From an uncultured Lactobacillus sp. (GTDB taxonomy: Bacteria > Bacillota > Bacilli > Lactobacillales > Lactobacillaceae): 64,000 nt of DNA. The notes under the pieces are model-generated. The model saw nothing but the letters and a program-made list of their open reading frames with translations, had not been told where the DNA came from and did not search any database. How positions within the stretch are numbered: position 1 is the stretch's first letter; each line of letters starts with the position of its first letter. The stretch is taken from positions 118 to 64,117 of the forward strand of contig NZ_CANBCP010000005.1 in assembly GCF_947367085.1 (NCBI RefSeq), in the 5' to 3' direction. This document shows, in pieces, positions 32,283-41,360 of this stretch. A program made the translations under genes and the position numbers.

Positions 32283-33119
32283 ATGATCATCGAGCGAATT
32301 TTGAACAATAATGCTATTTTGGCTAAAGATGATAACGGACGAAATTTAGTTGCGTTAGGATCTGGAATTGCTTTTGGTAGGAAAAAAGGTCAAACAGTAG
32401 CAAGCTCAAAAATAGAAAAAATTTTCTATCCTAAAGATCAGGCGACGACAAATACGATAAGTGAAACCTTAGCACAGATTCGTCCTGAATACATAGAGTT
32501 ATCCGATCAGATTATTTCAGAAGCAATTGCAAGTTCTGGTAAAAAGTTAAGTGACGATATTTATATTTCTTTGCCAGATCATCTTCAATTTGCAGTCGAG
32601 CGCGTTAGACAAGGTATCACTATTCAAAATAGGTTGACCATTGAAACTATGCAAGTTTATCCGGATGAGTTTCAATTAGGCAAAAAAGTAATCGATTATT
32701 TAGGTGAGAAAAGTGGATTGAAGTTTAATGATGATGAAGCTGCAAATGTTGCGATGCACATCATAACGGCAGAGGAAGGAGATTCGTTAGAGAACACTCA
32801 GGGGAGTATTGAATTAATAAATAACTTTTTGAATATTATTGAAGAGATGCTGGGTAAAAAGATTGATGTGGACTCTGTTTCATATTATCGATTAATTACT
32901 CATTTGAAATTTTTTGTTCAAAGAATAAAGAAGAAAACTAAAAGTTCTCATCCAGCAGATCAAGATCTCTATAATTTGATCATTCATAAATATCATAAAG
33001 AATACCTAATTGCTCAACGTCTGGCTGGGATAGTTTTAAGAGATTGTGATTATGAAGTATCACAAGATGAAATTATGTATTTAACAATACATATTCATAG
33101 AATTAATACCGCTAGCTGA
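32283..33119 (+). CDS. BglG/LicT-family antiterminator (start corrected to ATG 32283)
   Basis: IERILNNNA..GSGIAFG CAT domain; LPDHL, VAMHI, LITHLKF, LTIHI PRD histidines; GGAGG RBS. Confidence 0.9.
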   Translation: MIIERILNNNAILAKDDNGRNLVALGSGIAFGRKKGQTVASSKIEKIFYPKDQATTNTISETLAQIRPEYIELSDQIISEAIASSGKKLSDDIYISLPDHLQFAVERVRQGITIQNRLTIETMQVYPDEFQLGKKVIDYLGEKSGLKFNDDEAANVAMHIITAEEGDSLENTQGSIELINNFLNIIEEMLGKKIDVDSVSYYRLITHLKFFVQRIKKKTKSSHPADQDLYNLIIHKYHKEYLIAQRLAGIVLRDCDYEVSQDEIMYLTIHIHRINTAS

Positions 33120-33129
33120 GGATAGAAGC

Positions 33130-35331
33130 ATGAATGAATATAAAGCAGTTGCAGAAAAAATAGTTAGCTCGCTTGGCGGTAGTTCAAATATTGTTGAAGC
33201 ATATCACTGTGTGGCAAGAATTAGAATTAGAGTCAAGAATAGAGTAGAAATAAATTTTACGGAATTAAATTCGGTTGATGTAATTTTAGAAACAACTTTT
33301 GTTGATGGAGAGTTGCAAATATTGATCGGCAATCAAGTAGATAATTATTATTCTGCTTTGATGAAAATAATAAATGCTAAGAAAGATTTTTCTAAAATTA
33401 AAAAAGGAGATATTGAGATGGGAAAGTCTGGAAGTAAAAACAAACAGCTAGCTGAGCAGATTGTGAAACTAGTTGGTGGTAAAGAAAATGTTATTAGTTT
33501 AGTTCATTGTGTAACGCGTTTACGTTTTAAGTTGAAAGATGAAAGTAAAGCAGATGATCAAGCTTTAAAAAACTTAAAAGGTGTTATGGGCGTAGCTCAT
33601 GCTGGTGGTCAATATCAAGTAATTATTGGCGCAAATGTTGCTGATGTTTATGACGAAGTAATGCCACTTTTAGGATTATCTTCAAGTCAGACAGTTGGTC
33701 CTCAAGATGAAGATAATGATAAAAATATTTTTAGTAAGTTTGTTGCATTAATTTCATCATTATTCATGCCCCTATTAGGTGTCATGACAGGGGCAGGTAT
33801 GTTAAAAGGTTTGCTTGTTTTATTCAATGTTTTAGGTTGGGTTAAACAAGGAACTGGTACTTATATGATTTGGAATGCTGCAGGGGATGCACTATTTTAC
33901 TTCTTACCAGTACTGTTAGGTTACACAGCAGGTAAAGCATTTCATGTAAATGAATTTGTAGGTGCAATTACTGGTGGAGCATTAGTTTATCCAACTATGG
34001 TAGCTGCAGCAACTGCTCACAAGGCTATTAACTTTATGGGAATTCCTGTTACTTTGATGAACTATAGTCAAACAATGCTTCCAATTGTAATTGCAATTTG
34101 GGCTATGTCATGGCTAGAAAAAGGTACAAAAAAAGTTATTCCTTCAGCGGTTAAGAATTTATTTGTTCCGTTACTTGATCTGATGATTATTGTTCCTTTG
34201 ACTTATATTGTTGTTGGACCAATCACACAAACAATTTCGCAATGGTTATCAGTAGGAAGTTTATGGCTTTATGGTTTAGTTCCAGTTGTTGCTGGATTCA
34301 TCTTAGGTGGTATTTGGCAAGGTGCAATTATCTTAGGTTTACACTGGGCATTTATTCCAGTATTAATGAATAACTTAACAACCAATGGCTTTGACCCAAT
34401 TAATGGTATTTTGTACTGTACTTTATTTGGACAAGTTGGTGCTGCTTTAGCTATGGGCTTAAAAGCAAAAGATAAGAACTTTAAAGAAATTGCCCTTCCA
34501 GCAGCTTTATCAGGATTCTTCGGTATCACTGAGCCTATTATTTATGGTGTTACATTACCACATAAAAAATCATTCTTATTTGCTTCTATCGGGTCTGCCT
34601 TTGGTGGTGCAGTAGCAGCTGCTTGTCACGCTGGTATGTACACTATGCCTGGTGGTGGTGTCTTTGGTATTCCAGCATTTATCAATCCTAAGGGTATCAA
34701 CTTACAATTCATCGGTTTAGTTGCTTCAATTGTTATCGCCTTAGTAGTAAGTTTTGTATTGACAATGATTTGGGGAGATAAAGTTGTAGCTGCAACTGAT
34801 AATAACGATAAAGTTAAAAAAGTTGAATTCAAAGATGAAGCAATCTATGCTCCAATTGAAGGTATTGCAGTTCAATTAAAGAATGTTAAGGATGCTGTAT
34901 TTTCAACTGAAACTATTGGTAAAGGTATTGCAGTTCAACCAGATAAGGGAGAAGTTAGAGCTCCATTTGATGGTAAGGTTGTTTCAGTATTTCCAACCAA
35001 GCATGCAATTGGTTTGAAATCTGATAATGGTGTGGAATTATTAATTCATATTGGAATTGATACAGTAAATCTTAAAGGTAAATATTTTGATTCAAAAGTT
35101 AAGGCAGGAGATATTGTTAAGAAAGATGATTTACTAGAAACTTTTGATTTAGATCAAATTAAAAAAGCTGGCTATGATACAGTAGTTCCAGTCGTTGTCA
35201 CAAATGCCAATAACTTCGATGAAATTATCTTAGAAAAGAAAAATGGTGACGCAGTTAAGTTTGATGATCAATTATTGATGGCTACTGTAGATCAAGAAGT
35301 TGAAATTCCAGCACAAGCTGTTAAAGCTTAG
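33130..35331 (+). CDS. PTS beta-glucoside transporter with two tandem EIIB domains (IIB-IIB-IIC-IIA)
   Basis: HCVARIRI and HCVTRLRF IIB motifs, GITEPIIYG, LIHIGIDTV; internal AAAGGAG RBS plus in-frame ATG at 33418. Confidence 0.85.
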   Translation: MNEYKAVAEKIVSSLGGSSNIVEAYHCVARIRIRVKNRVEINFTELNSVDVILETTFVDGELQILIGNQVDNYYSALMKIINAKKDFSKIKKGDIEMGKSGSKNKQLAEQIVKLVGGKENVISLVHCVTRLRFKLKDESKADDQALKNLKGVMGVAHAGGQYQVIIGANVADVYDEVMPLLGLSSSQTVGPQDEDNDKNIFSKFVALISSLFMPLLGVMTGAGMLKGLLVLFNVLGWVKQGTGTYMIWNAAGDALFYFLPVLLGYTAGKAFHVNEFVGAITGGALVYPTMVAAATAHKAINFMGIPVTLMNYSQTMLPIVIAIWAMSWLEKGTKKVIPSAVKNLFVPLLDLMIIVPLTYIVVGPITQTISQWLSVGSLWLYGLVPVVAGFILGGIWQGAIILGLHWAFIPVLMNNLTTNGFDPINGILYCTLFGQVGAALAMGLKAKDKNFKEIALPAALSGFFGITEPIIYGVTLPHKKSFLFASIGSAFGGAVAAACHAGMYTMPGGGVFGIPAFINPKGINLQFIGLVASIVIALVVSFVLTMIWGDKVVAATDNNDKVKKVEFKDEAIYAPIEGIAVQLKNVKDAVFSTETIGKGIAVQPDKGEVRAPFDGKVVSVFPTKHAIGLKSDNGVELLIHIGIDTVNLKGKYFDSKVKAGDIVKKDDLLETFDLDQIKKAGYDTVVPVVVTNANNFDEIILEKKNGDAVKFDDQLLMATVDQEVEIPAQAVKA

Positions 35332-35332
35332 T

Positions 35333-35367
35333 AAAAGAGGTTCTAGTATTGATGCTAGAGCCTTTTT
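35333..35367 (+). terminator. Terminator-like hairpin after PTS
   Basis: aggttctag/ctagagcct plus T-run. Confidence 0.6.
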
Positions 35368-35385
35368 GCTATTTGAGGTATTAAG

Positions 35386-36165
35386 ATGAGAAAACTTTTA
35401 ATTAGGGCAGATGATTTAGGATATAGTCGTAGTGTTAATTACGGAATATTTGATGCTGTTCATTTTGGAATTATAAATAATGTCGGCGTAATGACCAATA
35501 TGCCTACTACTCCATATGCATTAGAATTGTTAAAAGATGAGAATATAGATTTAGGGATGCATACTAATATTTCAAATGGAAAGTCTGTATTGAATGCAAG
35601 CCAAGTACCAAGCTTAGTTGATGAAGATGGTAATTTTAAGAGTTCACATGTTTATAGAGAAAATTTTAGGCTGGGGAGACCAGATTTTGTTGAATTAGAC
35701 GAGGTCGTTGCTGAAATCGAAGCACAGTATGGGCAATTTTTTAAATTAATAGGTAAAAAGCCAGATTATTTTGAGGGACATGCTGTGATGAGCCCTAATT
35801 TTAGGAAGGGGTTAAAAATCGTAGCCGACAAGTATGATCTGCCATTTCTTGATTTTCCAGTTTCGGCTTCGATATCATTTAAGAAAAATACGCATTTTAA
35901 AGTTTATATGGGTGGATATAAAGAAGGTAAAATCGATCCAAGTTACAAACCAATCGATTTATTAAAGAATGCAGTTGAACAAGAAGAGAAGGATTTAATT
36001 CCAATGTTTATCTCACACGCAGGATATTTAGACAATTATTTATTACAACATTCTAGTTTGACTGTCCCGAGGGTTAAGGAAGCTGCATGTTGGATTGATA
36101 AAAGCACTATCGATTATATTGCAGAGAATCAAATTAAACTTGTTCGATATAGTGAATGTGACTAG
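35386..36165 (+). CDS. ChbG/YdjC-family carbohydrate deacetylase
   Basis: IRADDLG, DLGMHTN, EIEAQ, DYFEGH, SHAGY. Confidence 0.85.
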   Translation: MRKLLIRADDLGYSRSVNYGIFDAVHFGIINNVGVMTNMPTTPYALELLKDENIDLGMHTNISNGKSVLNASQVPSLVDEDGNFKSSHVYRENFRLGRPDFVELDEVVAEIEAQYGQFFKLIGKKPDYFEGHAVMSPNFRKGLKIVADKYDLPFLDFPVSASISFKKNTHFKVYMGGYKEGKIDPSYKPIDLLKNAVEQEEKDLIPMFISHAGYLDNYLLQHSSLTVPRVKEAACWIDKSTIDYIAENQIKLVRYSECD

Positions 36166-36173
36166 GTGAAAAT

Positions 36174-38936
36174 ATGGAGATTTCTAATATTTTAATAAAC
36201 CAACTTCATGAGCCAATCGGTTATGATTTTTCAAATTTAAGAATTACATTTGAAGTGAAGGATGCTGATAAGAATAATGATACTTATAAAGGGGTAAAAA
36301 TCTGGACAGATGATAAATCACATCCAATTTTAAATCTTTCAAAAATTATTTATGACACCAATTCTTTTGACATAGCCCTATCGCTTGCTCCACGAACTAG
36401 ATACTATGTTGAGATTTCTGTTCAAAATGGAGATATTTTTGCTTCAAGAGAAACTTTCTTTGAAACAGGAAAAATGAAAGAACCCTTTGAAGGAAAATGG
36501 ATAGCTAATGCTGATAAAGACTTGCCCAATCCTTTATTTAAAAAGAATTTTCACACAGAAAGAAATAACATTAAGCAGGCGAGATTATATGCAACGGGGC
36601 TTGGAGTATATAATGCTTATTTAGATGGTAAGAAAATTGGTAATGAATTTCTTACACCGGGCTTTACAGCATATGATCAGTGGGTCCAGATTCAAACCTA
36701 CGATATAACGGATTTACTAACGGCAAATTCATTGCATGACTTGGTATTTTCATGTGCTGATGGATGGTATAAAGGAAATATGGGATTTGACGGTGGAAAA
36801 AATAATATTTATGGCGATCAACACATGATCTTAGCGGATCTTTACATTACTTATGATGATGGAAAAAGCCAAATCATTAAAACTGATAAAAGTTGGTTTA
36901 CAACAAATGGACAAGTAACTAAATCAGGCATTTATTATGGTGAAGATGTAGACGCAACCATCAAAATTGAAAATTATAGACCAGTTGTTGAAGTTCAATC
37001 ACCTACAAGCGAGCTTAGTGATCGATTAAGTTTACCAATTGTTGAACACGAAAAATTAGATGTTAAAAAAGTCATCAATACTCCCAAAGGAGAACTTATT
37101 TTAGACTTTGGTCAAAATCAAGCTGGTTGGCCAATGTTTTATAATCATCTTCCTAAAGGTAAAAAGATCATCCTTCAAATGGGCGAGATTTTGCAAAATG
37201 GAAACTTTTATAATGAAAATTTACGTAAGGCTAGAGCTAGTTTTACCTATATTTCTGATGGTAAGAAAAAGTGGGTACATCCCAATTTTACATATTTCGG
37301 ATATCGATATGTAAAAGTCACAGGGGTAGATAAGCTTAATCCAGAGGATTTTAAAGCTCAGGTTTTATATTCCGATCTAAAACAAACTGGTCATCTCCAG
37401 ACAAATAATGAAAAAGTAAATCGTTTATTTCAAAATGTTATTTGGGGACAAAGAAGTAATTTCATGGACGTTCCTACTGATTGTCCTCAAAGAGATGAAC
37501 GTTTAGGATGGTGCGGTGATAGCGAGATATTTTCTGAAACTGCTAATTTCAATATGGATACTTTCGAATTCTTTAGAAAGTATTTAAGGGACATAAGAGT
37601 TGAACAAACTCTAAATGGTGGAAAATCACCGATGTTTGCACCTAGTCTAAAAACACCATTCTCCGGGATGGCGATTTGGGGCGATGCTATTTGCATTCTT
37701 AATTGGAATTTATATAAATTCTATGGTGACAAGGCGTTGCTTCAAGAAAATTATTATGCGATGAAGAGATGGGTAGATTGGATTACAGCTAATAGTAAAA
37801 CGGCAGATTTGTGGACTGGACAGATGCAGTTAGGAGACTGGCTCGCATTAGATAATGATGAGCCTAGTTCGCCTAAAGGAAAAACAGATGATGTTTATAT
37901 TGCATCACTTTATTATGCAAATTCAGCTCATATTGTTGCTCAAGCTGCTGGAGTTTTAAATAATTTGTCTGATATGAAGAAGTATACAGACTTGAATCAA
38001 AGAATATTGCAGGCTATCAGAAAAGAATATCTGAGTCCAAATGGGCGATTAACAATTGATACACAAAGTGCTTACGTATTAGCTTTAAAATTTGATTTAC
38101 CGTTGCCAAAGCAAAAGAAGCATGTAATTGACGATTTAGTAACTAGAATTCATAAAGATAATGATCATTTAACTACAGGATTTGTAGGTACACCGTATCT
38201 ATGTGAAGAATTATCTGAAAATGGATATCATAATTTAGCTGTTAAGATTTTTCTACAAGAAGATTATCCTAGTTGGCTTTATAGTGTAAACTTAGGTGCA
38301 ACAACTATATGGGAAAGATGGAATTCAGTCTTAAAAGATGGAAAGATGAATCCGGCAGGAATGAATTCATTGAATCATTATAGTCTGGGTGCAGTTATGG
38401 CTTGGTGTTATAAAGATATCTTAGGTATTTACGACCATAATAGTGATTTTTCCCAAGTAGTGTTTAAACCACACTTTGATATGAATCTAAGCCAGGTGAA
38501 AGGATCATACGATAGTAATTATGGAAAACTAAAAATTGATTATGAGTTAAAGTCGTCAACCTCAGTAAAAATAAATCTTGAGATACCTTTCGGTATGAAG
38601 CTAATACTTAAGCTTTATGATATAGCATCTGATACTTTCTCAGTAAATGGGAAAATAATATCAATTCCAAATGTTTTACAAAGCGGAACATATGAGATTG
38701 AATATAGAACTACTAAGTCACTAGTCAAAGGACTAAATTTAGACATTAAAATCTCCACGTTGCTAGAAAAGAAAGAATTAGTAGCAAAGATTGATAAAAT
38801 TGATAAGAATATTTTGTTAAAGATGAAGCGTCCGGGGAATACTCGAGGGATGTTTATCAGTAAGAGTTTTAAATCACTCTTGGAGTTTGAATCTGTAGAT
38901 CAACAAAAGATAGATAAAATTAAAAAAACTATTTGA
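36174..38936 (+). CDS. Alpha-L-rhamnosidase (GH78), cytoplasmic
   Basis: ARLYATGLG, LDFGQN, FTYFGYRY, PTDCPQRDERLGWCGD, TGFVGT, ATTIWERW, SLNHY. Confidence 0.92.
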   Translation: MEISNILINQLHEPIGYDFSNLRITFEVKDADKNNDTYKGVKIWTDDKSHPILNLSKIIYDTNSFDIALSLAPRTRYYVEISVQNGDIFASRETFFETGKMKEPFEGKWIANADKDLPNPLFKKNFHTERNNIKQARLYATGLGVYNAYLDGKKIGNEFLTPGFTAYDQWVQIQTYDITDLLTANSLHDLVFSCADGWYKGNMGFDGGKNNIYGDQHMILADLYITYDDGKSQIIKTDKSWFTTNGQVTKSGIYYGEDVDATIKIENYRPVVEVQSPTSELSDRLSLPIVEHEKLDVKKVINTPKGELILDFGQNQAGWPMFYNHLPKGKKIILQMGEILQNGNFYNENLRKARASFTYISDGKKKWVHPNFTYFGYRYVKVTGVDKLNPEDFKAQVLYSDLKQTGHLQTNNEKVNRLFQNVIWGQRSNFMDVPTDCPQRDERLGWCGDSEIFSETANFNMDTFEFFRKYLRDIRVEQTLNGGKSPMFAPSLKTPFSGMAIWGDAICILNWNLYKFYGDKALLQENYYAMKRWVDWITANSKTADLWTGQMQLGDWLALDNDEPSSPKGKTDDVYIASLYYANSAHIVAQAAGVLNNLSDMKKYTDLNQRILQAIRKEYLSPNGRLTIDTQSAYVLALKFDLPLPKQKKHVIDDLVTRIHKDNDHLTTGFVGTPYLCEELSENGYHNLAVKIFLQEDYPSWLYSVNLGATTIWERWNSVLKDGKMNPAGMNSLNHYSLGAVMAWCYKDILGIYDHNSDFSQVVFKPHFDMNLSQVKGSYDSNYGKLKIDYELKSSTSVKINLEIPFGMKLILKLYDIASDTFSVNGKIISIPNVLQSGTYEIEYRTTKSLVKGLNLDIKISTLLEKKELVAKIDKIDKNILLKMKRPGNTRGMFISKSFKSLLEFESVDQQKIDKIKKTI

Positions 38937-38953
38937 TGAAGAAAAATGATACT

Positions 38954-38988
38954 AAAAATAGACTGAATTTCTAATTCGGTCTATTTTT
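38954..38988. terminator. Bidirectional terminator
   Basis: aaaaatagactgaat/attcggtctattttt. Confidence 0.75.
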
Positions 38989-39946
38989 AGTATGTTGAAT
39001 TTCTTTTAATAGGTAATACATTAACTATGCTATTTTGTGTTGAATCATCACCATTTATAAGTTGCAGTAGACGCTGTGCAGCAACTTTGCCAATTAATTC
39101 TGGTTGTTGGTCAATTGTTGTAATGGTCGGATAAGTATATTCACATAAAATATTATTATCATATCCAACTATTTGAAAATCGTCTGGAATTTTTAAATTT
39201 CTTCGTTGAGACTCTTTAATGATTCTGGCTGCATATAAGTCGTTAACAGTAATAATAGCATCAAATTGCTGATACTTCTCCAAAGTACTTTGAGCTGCAA
39301 TACTTGGATCTGATTCCGAAGTTTCTTCCAAAACAAAATTAATATGTAATTTGTTTAATTCAGTTATCATTGATTCAATTCTTTCTTTAATTGTGGGTAG
39401 TGTTAAGGGCCAGTGCTGAATCAAGATGTTTTTTGCTGAATTTTTCAATAAATCTATACTTTCTTTACCACCTTTTACATTATCTGAAGCTATTCGAACA
39501 ACGGAGTCTTTAATATTGGCACTATCATACATCACAAAGGGAGTATGAATTTGAAAATTAGGATTGATTGTAAAAGCTGAAGTAATAATACCGTCAACGT
39601 TATTATTTTCAAAATTATTAATATATTGCTGGTATTTCGCATTATCAGAACTGGCACTAAAAGAAATTAAAGCAGTATAGCCATATTTTTGAATGATTTC
39701 TTGAATACCATCAATTATTTGTGTATAGAATCTGTTGTTTAAATCAGGGATAATTATTCCGATCATTTTAGATCTCTTTTGATACAGAGTTCTCGCAACT
39801 TGATTGGGATGATAGTTTGTTTCTTTGATTATCTGTTTAACTCTATCTTTAGTTTCCATGCTAACTTTTCCAGAGTGATTTATTATTCTTGAAACGGTTG
39901 CAACAGAAACATTAGCTAGTTTTGCAATATCTCGAATAGTTGTCAT
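38987..39946 (-). CDS. LacI-family transcriptional regulator
   Basis: TIRDIAKLANVSVATVSR, YHPNQVARTL hinge, VGYDN, ITTIDQ. Confidence 0.92.
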   Translation of the reverse strand: MTTIRDIAKLANVSVATVSRIINHSGKVSMETKDRVKQIIKETNYHPNQVARTLYQKRSKMIGIIIPDLNNRFYTQIIDGIQEIIQKYGYTALISFSASSDNAKYQQYINNFENNNVDGIITSAFTINPNFQIHTPFVMYDSANIKDSVVRIASDNVKGGKESIDLLKNSAKNILIQHWPLTLPTIKERIESMITELNKLHINFVLEETSESDPSIAAQSTLEKYQQFDAIITVNDLYAARIIKESQRRNLKIPDDFQIVGYDNNILCEYTYPTITTIDQQPELIGKVAAQRLLQLINGDDSTQNSIVNVLPIKRNSTY

Positions 39947-39970
39947 GATTGTACAGTCTCTTTCTGTAAA

Positions 39971-40064
39971 TGTAATGGGTTACATTATTATTATACCGCA
40001 ATTTTACTGAAAGCTTAGTTTAGTCATAGTTGAGCAATTTCACGTTGAAATGTAACCGGTTACA
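39971..40064. promoter_or_regulatory. Divergent lacI/MFS control region: TGTAATGGGTTACA (39971-39984), island motif (40012-40035), TGTAACCGGTTACA (40051-40064)
   Basis: Two cre/LacI-type palindromes; reverse complement GCTCAACTAT-G-ACTAAACTAAGCT. Confidence 0.62.
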
Positions 40065-40118
40065 CTATAGTATAAAAGTGTAAGAAATGAGATGACTCGT
40101 ATGTCAGGAGGAAACATT

Positions 40119-41333
40119 ATGGATATTGAGGAACTCAAAAAAACTAATAAACATAATTGGAAATTAAAAGTTGGAATTTTGGGTATTTCACTTTTTCTAC
40201 AAGTTGCTGGTTCAAATTTGGCCGCAATCCCGATGATTGCTAAAACTTTTCCAAATGAATCGCTAACATCAGTACAAGCATTGTTTACGATTCCTTCATT
40301 TACAATTATGCTATTTATTTTGTTTAGCAATGCAGTAATTAAATGGGTAGGTAAACGTAATACTGTAATTATTGGAATGATAGCAACACTAATAGGTGGT
40401 TTGATTCCCTTCTTTATTAATAACTTTCCATTAATCGTATTTAGCAGATTGCTTGTGGGAGCAGGAATTGGTCTTTTTACTTCATTAGCTGTCTCATTGA
40501 TTGGAGATTGTTTTAGTGGTGAAGAGCAAAAAACATTAATTGGTATTCAAGGTGCGATGGGAACTTTAGGTAACAGCGCATGTACATTTATTTCAGGTTT
40601 ACTTTTAGGGATTAGTTGGCAAAGTACTTTTCTGTATATGCTCTTAATCATTCCATTTTTAATTCTTTTTATGATGGGATATACGAAAAAGATGCAAGAT
40701 GAAACTACAGTGAAGAAGACTACTTCAGTGAAAAAGAGTAATACTATGCATGCTAAAATCCCAGTAATCATTTATATTGCATTTTTTATGCTTTTCCTAT
40801 ATTTCTCAGCATTTATGGTAGAAGCCACAGCTTCAGCTTTAGTTATTCAACAAAATAATTTAGCAAATCAAGGGTTACTTTCGACAGAAATTGCTATTGG
40901 TGGACTTATTGGAGCTGTAATTTCTATGGGCTACAGTAAGATACTTAAAGTGCTCCATCATTATACTCCAGTAGTTACTACATTATGCGGAGCGGTTGGT
41001 TTCATAATTTGCTCACAAGCTAGGAATATGTTGGTCTTTTTTATTGGATTATTGTTGATGTTTGTGAGTTCTTTGATTATTCCATACGTTTATGACACGA
41101 TTTTGAGCGATGTGGACCCATCAATTAGTAACTTAATTATCTCTATTGCTCAAGTATGTAATAATTTAGGCGCGTTTGCTTCACCATATGTAATAGTATT
41201 CTTGAGCAAAGTTCTTCACTTAACTACTCCAGTTGATCAAATGAGAATTAGCGCAGGGATTCTAGTTGTAATTACATTTGTATTCTTTGTGATGGCATTA
41301 GTTCATAAAAAGTCCGTTCAAGTAGCTGAATAG
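40119..41333 (+). CDS. MFS transporter (sugar/glycoside permease candidate)
   Basis: About 12 TM segments, KWVGKRNT loop motif, SRLLVGAGIG; AGGAGG RBS before ATG 40119. Confidence 0.82.
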   Translation: MDIEELKKTNKHNWKLKVGILGISLFLQVAGSNLAAIPMIAKTFPNESLTSVQALFTIPSFTIMLFILFSNAVIKWVGKRNTVIIGMIATLIGGLIPFFINNFPLIVFSRLLVGAGIGLFTSLAVSLIGDCFSGEEQKTLIGIQGAMGTLGNSACTFISGLLLGISWQSTFLYMLLIIPFLILFMMGYTKKMQDETTVKKTTSVKKSNTMHAKIPVIIYIAFFMLFLYFSAFMVEATASALVIQQNNLANQGLLSTEIAIGGLIGAVISMGYSKILKVLHHYTPVVTTLCGAVGFIICSQARNMLVFFIGLLLMFVSSLIIPYVYDTILSDVDPSISNLIISIAQVCNNLGAFASPYVIVFLSKVLHLTTPVDQMRISAGILVVITFVFFVMALVHKKSVQVAE

Positions 41334-41360
41334 ATTTGGTAAGGTTAGGAGAAGTTTATT

